Shown here: piece by piece, positions 1 to 9,347 of the stretch
Numbering within the stretch: position 1 is the first letter of the stretch
Layout of the letters: the number at the start of each line of letters is the position of its first letter
Assembly: GCF_900114615.1 (NCBI RefSeq)
Contig: NZ_FOTS01000012.1
Location: 1 to 64,000, forward strand
Origin: Pelosinus propionicus DSM 13327
GTDB taxonomy: Bacteria; Bacillota; Negativicutes; DSM-13327
Length of the DNA: 64,000 nt
Reading direction: 5' to 3'
Notes under the pieces: model-generated
Database searches by the model: none
What the model was told of the DNA's origin: nothing
What the model saw: only the letters and a program-made list of their open reading frames with translations
Program-made: the position numbers and the translations under genes

Positions 1-282
1 TGATTTTACTCCGTATTTTTTACAAAGATCCATATGAGAACCACTACCAGATAGATAATCCATCACGACTGTTTCTTTCAACTCCCAAGAATAGGATAGG
101 TTTTTCGAGGTTTCCTGTAGCCCTTCTGGTCCTAAAGACTGATACCTTGCTAACCATCGCCTAATGCTTGTATTAGCTACCTTTAATTGCTTTGACAGAT
201 CGTTCATGGAGTATTCATTCCGTAGGTACTTTTCAACTGCATCAATGCGTTCTTCATATGAAACCGTAAATTTGCTTCCCAT
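1..282 (-). mobile_element. IS3-family transposase OrfA (helix-turn-helix), N-terminal 94 codons; gene continues beyond window start
   Basis: Minus-strand ATG at 282-280 preceded by GGAAGGAG RBS (rc of 291-298). Translation starts MGSKFTVSYEERIDAVEKYLRNEYSMNDLSKQLKVANTSIRRWLARYQSLGPEGLQ...MDYLSGSGSHMDLCKKYGV, resembling IS3/IS150-group OrfA HTH proteins. The ORF track misses it because it is open-ended. Confidence 0.55.
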
Positions 283-305
283 AAAAAATATGCTCCTTCC
301 TTGCA

Positions 306-338
306 ATAGACAGTTTTATTATTTCAACTGTCTATTAC
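306..338. repeat. Perfect 11-bp inverted repeat AATAGACAGTT-N10-AACTGTCTATT immediately upstream of the IS orfA start (possible IS end or operator)
   Basis: Read directly from the sequence at 306-338. Confidence 0.5.
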
Positions 339-552
339 AAGGGGAGCATATCACTTCGGGTGAGGCGGCTTTTGCTTTATTAGCGCTGTTAACTATAGAC
401 AGCATAGAGGATCGGTACATACCCCTGGAGCTGCAACGTAATTTAGTAAAAACTCTGTTTAAAACGTCCCAGGGACGGCCGTAAAAAAGTAAGTTAAGCT
501 ATCCACCAATTAAAGCTGCATTACCTTTGGCAGAGCGATTTGTATTTTTTTA

Positions 553-1176
553 TTATTCATCTTCGTCTTCATGTTTATCTAACTGTTTAAACGCTGGATG
601 CATCAAGGTACTTCCCAAAGGACTAGGCTTTTGTTTTCGAGCTGCATTTTGAACCTGTATGATCAAATGAAAAGCTGCGCGAGAGAGGGTTGCTATCAGA
701 TATGAAGTGATAAAACCATTTAGGTGGGTCCATTTTATTAATTGTACGATGTCTAGTACAGAAAGTATTTGTACAACGATCACGGTAAGGAAGAATGTTC
801 CTACAGTATTCCAGATTAAGAACTGTCGCCAATTAGGACTATATTGTTGTACAAGCATGTAGGTGAGCGGTACTAAAGTCCAGTCCCGAAGGAAAACACT
901 CGTTATAAATGGTTCTAGTCGAACCTTATAATACCATAGTCCTGCTGTCGTTCCGTAAAGGTCAACAAGGCTCGTCATAACAGTGACTAGAGAACCGTAA
1001 AATAATAAATAAGCTAACCGCGTTTTATCCGTAAGATGATACCAAACAATATAAGCTATTATGATGATTGCGACAAGGCCCCAATACTTCGGGGTTGTTA
1101 TGGCAGTTTGCCATTGGGCGAGTAACGTATCCCACATATCCGCCCTTATCTGGTAAAGCATATAGTTTGCATCCAT
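553..1176 (-). CDS. Polytopic membrane protein of unknown function (207 aa, about 5 hydrophobic helices, acidic C-terminal tail)
   Basis: ORF with hydrophobic segments (VAIIIIAYIVWY, LLFYGSLVTVM, GTFFLTVIVVQIL). No recognisable catalytic motif. Confidence 0.45.
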   Translation of the reverse strand: MDANYMLYQIRADMWDTLLAQWQTAITTPKYWGLVAIIIIAYIVWYHLTDKTRLAYLLFYGSLVTVMTSLVDLYGTTAGLWYYKVRLEPFITSVFLRDWTLVPLTYMLVQQYSPNWRQFLIWNTVGTFFLTVIVVQILSVLDIVQLIKWTHLNGFITSYLIATLSRAAFHLIIQVQNAARKQKPSPLGSTLMHPAFKQLDKHEDEDE

Positions 1177-1732
1177 ATATTAACCTCCATATTACATATT
1201 AAGATTAGGTTACTCATATCTAATAAAAAAGATTCAACGAAAAGTTAGTTATGGAAAATATGATATATTATTAAGTGAGTTCCAAACAGGGTACAGGCCT
1301 AAGATATACTTGTAAAATCAGGTAAGCAAGTCTATTTATTTGACGATAGTTTAGCTTATAGTTACTATAGAATTGAATATAATGATGATAACAATATTAC
1401 AACGTTTTGTGAGAATTTGTTAAAAAAAGAATAAGGTTGATATTACCTTATTCTGGATGATTTTATTATGTTCTCGGATATCTAACACACAAGAGGACTT
1501 ATAATTAATAATTTTAGTGAAGGTTTTTTTGAAATGTATAATTGTGAACTAAGACCAACCATGAAGAAAAATGTGACAATATAGCGATAAGTAGAAACTG
1601 GTTATGGACGCCCTGAATCATCTTCTGATATATTGTTTACAAGATATCAGAAGATGGCATTTGTCACTATGCCTTGCTAGTTTATGATTTTAATTAGTTC
1701 TTTACTATTATCCTTGTTCTATTCAGTTGACT

Positions 1733-2251
1733 TTAAAGTGATAAATCGTATTCTTCAGAAACCCATAGCTGCACATAAGATAAAAATTTTTCGGTTGAAG
1801 AAGAAATTAGACTTTTATCCTTTATTGCAATTCCCAAGTCTCTGTATGCAGGAATTTCTAATTCTTTGCATATTATTTTTCGTGAAGTATTTTCTAATAC
1901 TAATTTTGGTAAAACACTGATTCCTAATTCACTTTCAACCATAGCGATGATTGCATAATCATCTTTTTCTGTAAAATGAACAGTAGGCGTAATTTGATGA
2001 ATTTCAAATATCTCTGAAATCTCATCATCAACGCCTTCATTTAATTTGATATAGGGATATTCAGATAATGCTGATATAGGAAAACACACTTCTTTAGCGA
2101 GTATATGTTTTTCCGGCAAGACAGCGACTAGAGGATCCCTTTTAAGGAATGTGGCTTTAAGCTGCTTGCATGTAGGTATCCTTATGAAAGAACAATCTAC
2201 ACGTCCCTGCATAATCCATTCTTCATTTTCTTCGTTTGTACCATGTAGCAA
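1733..2251 (-). pseudogene. LysR-family regulator remnant: substrate-binding domain only, N-terminal HTH missing
   Basis: The 172-aa ORF matches the LysR substrate-binding domain pattern (...LVAVLPEKHILAKE...YPYIKLNEG...ISVLPKLVLE) but lacks the roughly 90-aa HTH/linker. It abuts another gene fragment at about 2255. Confidence 0.55.
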
Positions 2252-2260
2252 TTCAAGCTG

Positions 2261-2542
2261 AATTTTTGGATTAGAGATGGTATTATTGAAGAATTAAAAT
2301 CAAAGAAAATAAAGAATATCTATATTCATATCGATGTCGATGTCATGGATCCGTTGGAATTCCCTTATCAGCCGGTACCGGCTGAAGGAGGATTAAGAAT
2401 TGATATTTTTTCAAATATATTGGGAGAACTGGCAAAGGAGTTTCATATTGTTGGAGTATGTCTTCTTGGATGCACTGCCTTAAGTAATCAAAGAATCAAG
2501 ATTTTACACGAGATTATAAATTTAGGGACAAAGATTTATTGA
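2261..2542 (+). pseudogene. Arginase/agmatinase-family C-terminal fragment
   Basis: Open frame from 2261 reads ...IKNIYIHIDVDVMDPLEFPYQPVPAEGGLRIDIF...HIVGVCLL, the C-terminal metal-binding block of the ureohydrolase family (DxDxxDP...GG). There is no N-terminal two-thirds and no start context. Confidence 0.5.
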
Positions 2543-2702
2543 CAGTAAATTTTGTTCATTCAGTTTTATAGATTGCTTATGGGTAACCCGTGTGGATAGA
2601 AGGAAAACACAGAGGTAGTATGCCCTTGGTCAGAAGGTAAAGTAATGCGTGCTTGTAGCTTTGTATGTATTTATGGTGTGTGAAATTTTTCTAAAAAAAC
2701 AA

Positions 2703-2735
2703 TTGACAACGATTATCATTTTCATGTATCATTTA
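2703..2735 (+). promoter_or_regulatory. Promoter TTGACA-N17-(G)TATCAT with an embedded Fur-box-like half-site ATTATCA; 18/21 identical to the element at 6000-6020
   Basis: ttgacaacgattatcattttc compared with ttgacaattattatcatttag. The Bacillus Fur 7-1-7 half-site ATTATCA is exact in both. Both precede iron/heme uptake genes. Confidence 0.35.
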
Positions 2736-2751
2736 ACTAATAACATATTTA

Positions 2752-2807
2752 ACAGAGGGCCAGGAGCTCCGTCACTAACTAGTTTAGAGACGGAGTTTTT
2801 TTATTGA
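2752..2807 (+). terminator. Leader intrinsic terminator preceded by conserved motif AGAGGGCCAGGAGCTCCG (candidate attenuator or cis-regulatory RNA)
   Basis: Stem CTCCGTC/GACGGAG followed by a T7 run. The same 18-nt motif plus hairpin plus T-run recurs at 6101-6148. Confidence 0.5.
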
Positions 2808-2885
2808 GTACTAATTTTGCTCAATTGCAGCAAGCAGCAGCAGTATGGCTTCAACTATTTGTTAAACTTACGGGAGGAACATATT

Positions 2886-5009
2886 ATGAAAAAGAAAATG
2901 ACATGCGCTGTTCTTTCGACAGCAATCGTGATAGGAATGGGCGGATCAGTGTCTCCAGCGTATGCAGAAACGACTATTGAACTGCAGGATCTGTATGTAA
3001 ATCCGGATTATGTAGAGATTGAACGATTAAGAGATACTAAACAAATTATTGTAATTACAAAAGAAGATATTCAGAATAAAGGATATAAAGGAGTTTCTGA
3101 TATTTTAAAGGATATTCCAAGTATCTCTGTAGGTGCAACGGGTATGGGCGATATTGATATTCGTGGGCAAGGATCGGATCAGTCAGTAAGAAACATCCAG
3201 GTTTTGTTGGATGGAGCCCCGATAACAACCTTTGTCAATCACCCGTTAAGTACAAATTATGATGTGGTTCCAGTTGAACAAATTGAAAAAATTGAAATCA
3301 TTCCGGGCGGCGGTTCGGTTCTTTATGGCTCAGGAGCTTCCGGCGGGATTATCAATATTACAACAAACTTGCGTAGTATGAATAAGCCGAACAAGACAAT
3401 TTCAACAGAATGGAATTCAGATGGCTATCGTGCTAATTTTAACTATGGAGAAAAAATCAATAATAAAATAACAACAGAAATCGGATATTTCAAGCAGGAC
3501 AGAGATTTATATTTTAAAGATACATATAAAAAGAGTGAGTATTTTTCTGCTGGAGTTCAGTATGATGCTGGTCAAGGTCAACGATTAACGTTTCGCATGA
3601 GTCATTTAGAGGAAGAAGGTCAATATATTGCTAATATCCAGCCTGCGAAAGTGGCGAAGGCAGGAAGAGATTATGTGCCTGATTATGAAACATATACCGT
3701 TGGCTTGGATGCAGATGGACATAAAATAACAGAAACAAGAAGACCGTATCTATTTGCTGACAGGAGAATGGATTCATACAACATTGGGTATCAAAAGGAA
3801 TTAAGCACTACATGGAAATTTAGCAGTGATCTTTTTTATAATACTGGCTATTTCATGAATAGCAAGTATGAAGATAAAAAAATGGATCATGAAACCAAAG
3901 GGGTAAAACTTAAATTTGACCACTCATATGGTAAAAAAAATAATATTTTGATCGGTCTGGATCTTTATGAACAAGACGCAGAAATTGGATATAACGATTA
4001 TAAGCTTGTCAGCTCCGCACAGAAAACGTATAAGATCGTTCCTTTATCATTTAACTATAATAAAAAAACAAATGCAGTTTATCTATTGAATAATATGTCC
4101 AGAGGGAAATATACGTTCACTCAGGGGATACGGAGAGAAAAGATAGATTGGAGTTTTGATAAAGTCGGCAATAACATCAATGGTGCTGGAACATCCGAAC
4201 GCTGGAATACTGCTAAAGAGCTTTCGCTGGCTTATCATTACAATGATACGGGAAGAATTTATGCACGGTATGAAAGAGGATATACTACTCCGGATGGAAT
4301 ACAGATTACGGACGAAATTAGAGTAAATGGAAGCAAACGATATGTTGGAACATCTGCGAAAGATGAAATCTTTGATCTCTATGAAATTGGTTTACGTGAT
4401 AAGGTAGGTATATCAACTGTTAATTTAACTTTATTTAATTCGAATACGGATAATCAAATGAATCGTATATATCTGTTTGATAACAATGGGTCTCTGACGA
4501 TGCAGACACTTAATATGTTGAAAACCAGACGGAAGGGTTTAGAACTTTCACTGCGCCAAAATTTTGGTAAGCTAACGTTACAGCAAGGCTATGCTTATTT
4601 GCATGGGGAAAGTGATTACACTAATTTTGGACGCAAATTCCTTGAAGAAAATAGCGGAAGTATTATTGATTGGACTAAAAGCGGACTTAAAAAAGTTCCC
4701 AAGCATAAAGGAATTTTGAAAGCAGACTATTCATTTAATGATAAGTTCACTGTAGGTATTAAATACACATATTTTGGAAAGTATAACAATTTCCTTGAAG
4801 ATGCCGATAAAGCTGATGGAGGAGTTATGCAGCCCCATTCATTGGTTGATCTGGATATGAAATATAAGCTTAATAAAGAGATTGAATTGTACAGTGGTGT
4901 AACAAATCTTACAAACAGAAGACACTATGAATATGTAGGAGATTCTTTTGGAACGATTATTCCAGGATCTGAACGTACGTATTACTTTGGCATGAAATAT
5001 GCTTTTTAA
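2886..5009 (+). CDS. TonB-dependent outer-membrane receptor (heme/siderophore class)
   Basis: ATG at 2886 after a GGGAGG RBS. Signal peptide MKKKMTCAVLSTAIVIGMGGSVSPAYA, plug-domain motifs, about 700-aa barrel ending ...YYFGMKYAF (C-terminal Phe). The ORF-track start at 2817 is an upstream in-frame extension. Confidence 0.85.
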   Translation: MKKKMTCAVLSTAIVIGMGGSVSPAYAETTIELQDLYVNPDYVEIERLRDTKQIIVITKEDIQNKGYKGVSDILKDIPSISVGATGMGDIDIRGQGSDQSVRNIQVLLDGAPITTFVNHPLSTNYDVVPVEQIEKIEIIPGGGSVLYGSGASGGIINITTNLRSMNKPNKTISTEWNSDGYRANFNYGEKINNKITTEIGYFKQDRDLYFKDTYKKSEYFSAGVQYDAGQGQRLTFRMSHLEEEGQYIANIQPAKVAKAGRDYVPDYETYTVGLDADGHKITETRRPYLFADRRMDSYNIGYQKELSTTWKFSSDLFYNTGYFMNSKYEDKKMDHETKGVKLKFDHSYGKKNNILIGLDLYEQDAEIGYNDYKLVSSAQKTYKIVPLSFNYNKKTNAVYLLNNMSRGKYTFTQGIRREKIDWSFDKVGNNINGAGTSERWNTAKELSLAYHYNDTGRIYARYERGYTTPDGIQITDEIRVNGSKRYVGTSAKDEIFDLYEIGLRDKVGISTVNLTLFNSNTDNQMNRIYLFDNNGSLTMQTLNMLKTRRKGLELSLRQNFGKLTLQQGYAYLHGESDYTNFGRKFLEENSGSIIDWTKSGLKKVPKHKGILKADYSFNDKFTVGIKYTYFGKYNNFLEDADKADGGVMQPHSLVDLDMKYKLNKEIELYSGVTNLTNRRHYEYVGDSFGTIIPGSERTYYFGMKYAF

Positions 5010-5205
5010 TAGAGAAAAAGAGCAAGAAATAGAAATAGTGAGTCTGCTTTTTATAGACGGGAGCAAATTAGAAAAAACTTAATGCTGGAAAAACGCAGCA
5101 ATGAAAGAAATTCTTACGGTAAGATTGTTCGTGAATAGATTTGGTAAATAAAGCAGGAATAATAAAAGTTTCAATTACTGCTGATTGTGAGTAGGTGATG
5201 TGTTT

Positions 5206-5988
5206 ATGGTAGAGCGTGGATACTGGAATAAATATTTTTTAATTTCATTCGGGATACATGGTTTGGTTATTCTATTGATCTCCTGCTTTGGCTTTCAAAC
5301 TTCTCCGGCTAAAATGAACAACACCGGTGAGTTCAGTGTACAGTTTGTCAATTTGAGTGAGGGAAACATGCAGGACAATGGCAGTCTTTCTGAAAATGCA
5401 GCAAGCTTTTCAACTTCAGTTGCAGGTGAGAGTGCTTTAGCGCAAAAGGATACTTCTGTATATGAACCAGAAAGAAAGAAACCATTTATCAAATCAAGTA
5501 AAGGAATGGAACCAGCTCAGCTGGAAGAAATAAATACAAACAGCAGCCAGATGACTGGAAATAGTACAAGATTATCAGAGGTAACAGGCCTAAATACCGG
5601 TGGGCAAGCAGGTGCAGCAAATCAATCCTTGGGACAAGGAGCGGGCAATGGGATTTTTAGCAACGGCAATTTTTTGTCAAATGGCGATGGCAGTTATACT
5701 GCGTTAAATGCAGAAGGAATATCCTATACGATTCTTCGAGATGCCGATGCTAGGTATCCCGAAGAGGCCCGTTCTATTGGTTATAATCGTGTGGTAAGTG
5801 TACAGGCTAAAATATTGGTAGGGTTGGATGGATCTGTGGAAAGTGTTGAAATCTTAAACTCTGTTCCCAACCTTGGATTTAAGGAATCCGCAACACAAGC
5901 CCTGCGGAAAATGCAATTTGCACCGATTTACTACCAAAGTCATAACGTGAAAATGTATTTTACTAAAAGAATATATTTTCAGCCTTAA
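5206..5988 (+). CDS. TonB-family energy transducer (N-terminal TM anchor, Ser/Gly/Asn-rich linker, C-terminal TonB domain)
   Basis: TM segment YFLISFGIHGLVILLISCF. C-terminal block YPEEARSIGYNRVVSVQAKILVGLDGSVESVEIL...ALRKMQFAP matches the TonB C-terminal domain. Unusual feature: the linker is not Pro-rich. Confidence 0.65.
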   Translation: MVERGYWNKYFLISFGIHGLVILLISCFGFQTSPAKMNNTGEFSVQFVNLSEGNMQDNGSLSENAASFSTSVAGESALAQKDTSVYEPERKKPFIKSSKGMEPAQLEEINTNSSQMTGNSTRLSEVTGLNTGGQAGAANQSLGQGAGNGIFSNGNFLSNGDGSYTALNAEGISYTILRDADARYPEEARSIGYNRVVSVQAKILVGLDGSVESVEILNSVPNLGFKESATQALRKMQFAPIYYQSHNVKMYFTKRIYFQP

Positions 5989-5999
5989 AGTCCGGTTAT

Positions 6000-6032
6000 T
6001 GACAATTATTATCATTTAGTATTATACTGTTA
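6000..6032 (+). promoter_or_regulatory. Second copy of the TTGACAA-ATTATCATTT promoter/Fur-like element
   Basis: See 2703-2735. Followed by a 9-bp-stem hairpin (6039-6068, AGAACTAAT...ATTAGTTCT). Confidence 0.35.
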
Positions 6033-6100
6033 TTATACAAGAACTAATGTAGTAATATATTAGTTCTAATGGAGAAAATGTTTTGTTTTTTATTTAAAAG

Positions 6101-6148
6101 AGAGCCAGGAGCTCCGTTGCGTAAATAAATACGCGCGGAGTTTTTTTT
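6101..6148 (+). terminator. Second leader terminator with conserved motif AGAGAGCCAGGAGCTCCG
   Basis: Hairpin CTCCG..GCG/CGC..CGGAG followed by a T8 run, 23 nt upstream of the ATG at 6171. Confidence 0.5.
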
Positions 6149-6170
6149 ATAAATAAGGAGTGTGAGTTGT

Positions 6171-7247
6171 ATGCTTGGCTATGATGGAACTGTACAGGAT
6201 TTATGGAATGAAACGCCGGCGGCATTGCGCTCCGTTCGGTGTGCCTTTTGCCATAGCATGTTATTTCGCGGTGCAGTAGAAAAAATTGAAATTAAATGCT
6301 CTAAATGCGGTACCGTTCAAGTTGTGCAGCGGAATGGCGAATCTTTGATCAAGGAACGGGACTTGTCACGGAATGGACTTAGAAGAATCAGCGGCATGCA
6401 GAATCGTATGGTAACTGACAGCATGGGAAGGCTTGTAACAATCCCCAGTCAACCGCAGCGTGTTATTATTTTAAATTCATCTAACTTAGGGCTGTTTATT
6501 GAAACAGGTGGTGAGCCGGTTGGGAGAGGAACTTGTGAGATATTGCCGGCTGCGTTGCGGGATAAAATTCAAGATATTCCTACTGTAGGGTTGCCTTGCA
6601 AGCCTGATTTAGACCGTATTCTGGCGATAAAGCCGGATTTGGTTATCGGGATGGCTTTTCCGGCGCATCAGTCGCTGGCAGCTGTTCTGGAAAGGAAAGG
6701 TATTCCAACAATGCTGCAGACATTTGCTCGCTATGCAGATGTTTTGGAAGCTTTACATTTTTATGGAGAGCTAAATGGAAAATCAAACGTTGCTGCCCAA
6801 AAAATTGCTGCTATTGAACAACATCGACAGGCATTAATCGAACAAACTAGCGGGCAGCCTTCACCAAGGGTTCTCATTGTATGGGCGATTGCGGATGGAT
6901 TATATGCAGCATTATCAACAAGTTTCATCGGTGATATGGTAAAACGGCTAGGGGGAGTAAATGTGGCTGATTTGCTAATACCTATGGATGAAAAAATAGC
7001 GTATGCACCATTGGATTACAAAGGAATTCTTGCAGTTCAGCCTGACGTTGTTTTAGTAATTGACCATCGTTTTGATGAAAAAGCGAATCAGGGTATTCAG
7101 CTGTTGCACGATTCACTGTGGCAGGGACTCCACGCTGTTCAGCAAAATTACGTGTACTCTCTTCCTTTTTCCCTGTTTGCAGTGAACCCAGGTGCGCAGG
7201 TTGAGGAAGCCATGAATATTTTGGCTGATTTTCTTTATAAAAGGTAG
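6171..7247 (+). CDS. Cytoplasmic periplasmic-binding-protein-fold (FecB/BtuF/ChuT-like, class III) protein with an N-terminal CxxC...CxxC zinc ribbon; no signal peptide
   Basis: ATG 6171 with AAGGAG RBS. N-terminus CAFCH-(17)-CSKCG; body matches iron-siderophore/heme/B12 binding proteins (LVTIPSQPQRVIILNSSNLGLF...KPDLVIG...). No hydrophobic leader. Confidence 0.6.
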   Translation: MLGYDGTVQDLWNETPAALRSVRCAFCHSMLFRGAVEKIEIKCSKCGTVQVVQRNGESLIKERDLSRNGLRRISGMQNRMVTDSMGRLVTIPSQPQRVIILNSSNLGLFIETGGEPVGRGTCEILPAALRDKIQDIPTVGLPCKPDLDRILAIKPDLVIGMAFPAHQSLAAVLERKGIPTMLQTFARYADVLEALHFYGELNGKSNVAAQKIAAIEQHRQALIEQTSGQPSPRVLIVWAIADGLYAALSTSFIGDMVKRLGGVNVADLLIPMDEKIAYAPLDYKGILAVQPDVVLVIDHRFDEKANQGIQLLHDSLWQGLHAVQQNYVYSLPFSLFAVNPGAQVEEAMNILADFLYKR

Positions 7248-7318
7248 AACAGAATAATAAGTTTTCATTTGTGAACTTTGTGTTGGTTATATTGATAAGA
7301 TGAAAGGAATGATCGTGT

Positions 7319-7843
7319 ATGAAAAAATATATAGTTTTGTACTCATCCCGGACTGGAAATACAAAAAAGATAGCAGAAGCTATTTGCAGTGCCTTGCCTG
7401 CAGGTACTCCCTGCCAGTCGATTGGCGAAGCGTCGGCTGATTTGAATGGTTATGATTGTTTATTTATCGGATTCTGGGTTGACAGGGGGACAGCCGATCA
7501 ACAGACGCAGCAGTTTCTGAAGCAATTAAGTCATCCTCATATTGCATTGTTTGCCACTTTAGGGGCTGATCCGTGTTCTCAACACGCCGCTGACAGCTTA
7601 TGTAATGCGACGGCTCTTTGTCCTAGCGAAAATCCTCTGGTACATAGTTTTATCTGTCAGGGAAAAGTTGATCCGCAGCTGATTGAACAAATGAAAAGAA
7701 TGTTTCCTCCCGGACATCCTCATGCGGTGGATGAAAAACGAGAAGCCACTCATGAGGAGGCGAAAAAGCACCCCAATGAAGCAGATGTGGCAGCTGCTAA
7801 AGCCTTTGCCGCGGAGACCATTAAGCGAGTGGAGAACATGTGA
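7319..7843 (+). CDS. Flavodoxin-like protein
   Basis: MKKYIVLYSSRTGNTKKIAE... carries the flavodoxin FMN-binding T/SxTGxT motif. It is translationally coupled to the next gene. Confidence 0.75.
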   Translation: MKKYIVLYSSRTGNTKKIAEAICSALPAGTPCQSIGEASADLNGYDCLFIGFWVDRGTADQQTQQFLKQLSHPHIALFATLGADPCSQHAADSLCNATALCPSENPLVHSFICQGKVDPQLIEQMKRMFPPGHPHAVDEKREATHEEAKKHPNEADVAAAKAFAAETIKRVENM

Positions 7844-9315
7844 TGATGAAACTACAAGACTTATTTCAAACACTATCGGCGGAAGATAAAGCCCTGCAGC
7901 TGGGATTTGAAAAGGCAGATCCTCTGACGGGAGCTTTTTCTCAAAAAAGGGTAGTGCATGCAGGTACGCAGGGTCGTCCAGTGTCACCCGGTCAAGCGCA
8001 AGTGTTGTGGTGTCAGGTTATGGAGCAGACGCCGGCAGAAAAAACGGAGCGAGCAGCTTATATTCATATTCCGTTTTGCCAGACCAAATGTTTGTATTGC
8101 AACTTTTTTCAAAATGCAGTCAATCAAACAGCAGAGGACTACTATATTGACTGTCTGATTCGAGAGTTAGAAAACGATGCCGATTTTCCTCAACTAAAGG
8201 ATGGGCTGATCCATGCCGTCTTTATCGGCGGTGGAACTCCTACCTCATTGTCTCCGCATAATGCTCGCAGGTTGCTGAAGACAATTCATCGCTGTTTGCC
8301 GCTGGCTGGCGATTATGAATTGACTCTGGAAGGCAGAAGCAGCGATCTAATACCGGAAAAAATGGATGTTTGGATGGAGAACGGTGTCAATCGTGTATCG
8401 ATTGGCGTGCAATCATTTCATACGAAAATTCGCCGTCAATTAGGACGGGTAGATGATCAGGAAACTTTACTGAAGCGGTTGGCTGGGTTGAAAGCGTATC
8501 ACCAATGTTCTGTTATTGTTGACCTTATCTATGGCTTGCCTAATCAGGATATGAAGGCATGGGAGGAAGATTTGCAGATTTTAACAGATTCTGTGGTTGA
8601 CGGTATGGATTTATACCAGCTCAATGTATTTTACGACAGTGAGCTGGAAAAACAGATATTGGCAGGAAAAATGTCTCCTGCGGCCAGTACTTCTCAGCAG
8701 GCCCAAATGTATGCCTATGCTCAGGAATTTGTAGAAAAACGTGGTTTTTCACGTCTTAGTATTTGTCATTGGCGGCGAAGCAATAGGGAACGGAGCCTTT
8801 ATAATACGTTGGCGAAGAGGGGGAGCACCATGTTCTCCTTTGGCTGCGGTGCAGGCGGCAATGTAGGTGGTTATTCGACTATGCTTCACCGAAGTCTAAA
8901 GCCGTACCAAAGTATGGTTATGGAAGGAATAAAGCCATTCATGGCTATGATGGAACAGACACCGGTGCAGTCTATTATCAATAGCATATTGGAACAATTG
9001 GAACGCGGTTTTTTAGATTTGCAACGATTGATTAAAGCGAATGATCGGCTGGCTGAATTAAAATGGCTCTATGATCTTTGGGAACAAAGAGGGCTTGTGC
9101 ATTATGACGGTGTCTATTCCTTGACTGTTGCTGGTCAGTTCTGGCAGGTTAACATTGCCCAAACTACCGTGGAATGTGTAGAGTTTATTTTGCTGCAAAC
9201 ACACAACATTGCAGTGCAGGGAATCGCTGCACAGAATGGAAAGGCGCAGCTTCCGGGAGGTAAAGTTATGCCTCCGGGGCATCCGGCAATTTCTCTGTCT
9301 GATAGAGGAAAATAG
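7843..9315 (+). CDS. HemN-like radical SAM enzyme, ChuW/HutW-type (anaerobic heme-degrading methyltransferase family)
   Basis: HIPFCQTKCLYCNF is a CX3CX2C radical-SAM motif in a HemN-like context. Position next to a TonB heme receptor plus flavodoxin matches the chuW/hutW/hmuW arrangement. Confidence 0.65.
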   Translation: MMKLQDLFQTLSAEDKALQLGFEKADPLTGAFSQKRVVHAGTQGRPVSPGQAQVLWCQVMEQTPAEKTERAAYIHIPFCQTKCLYCNFFQNAVNQTAEDYYIDCLIRELENDADFPQLKDGLIHAVFIGGGTPTSLSPHNARRLLKTIHRCLPLAGDYELTLEGRSSDLIPEKMDVWMENGVNRVSIGVQSFHTKIRRQLGRVDDQETLLKRLAGLKAYHQCSVIVDLIYGLPNQDMKAWEEDLQILTDSVVDGMDLYQLNVFYDSELEKQILAGKMSPAASTSQQAQMYAYAQEFVEKRGFSRLSICHWRRSNRERSLYNTLAKRGSTMFSFGCGAGGNVGGYSTMLHRSLKPYQSMVMEGIKPFMAMMEQTPVQSIINSILEQLERGFLDLQRLIKANDRLAELKWLYDLWEQRGLVHYDGVYSLTVAGQFWQVNIAQTTVECVEFILLQTHNIAVQGIAAQNGKAQLPGGKVMPPGHPAISLSDRGK

Positions 9316-9347
9316 ATCCTGATCAACGATTATGAGGTGCTAGATTA

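Noticed and set aside
164-484. ORF 164..484 (+), 106 aa
   Set aside because: It lies antisense to the IS3 orfA coding region and the IS-end inverted repeat. It has no RBS and low-complexity composition, so it is likely spurious.
2560-2810. Cobalamin (B12) riboswitch upstream of the TonB-dependent receptor
   Set aside because: No B12-box (GCCACTG core) or conserved riboswitch helices. The leader instead carries the Fur-like promoter and a shared motif-terminator element. A heme/iron function is more consistent with the ChuW-like neighbour.
6162-6171. GTG start at 6162 or a missed signal peptide for the PBP-fold protein
   Set aside because: The AAGGAG RBS is optimally spaced for the ATG at 6171. 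Neither start yields a hydrophobic leader, so the protein is treated as cytoplasmic.
7598-8158. ORFs 7598..7987 (-) and 7958..8158 (+)
   Set aside because: Embedded in or antisense to the flavodoxin and radical-SAM genes, with no independent support.
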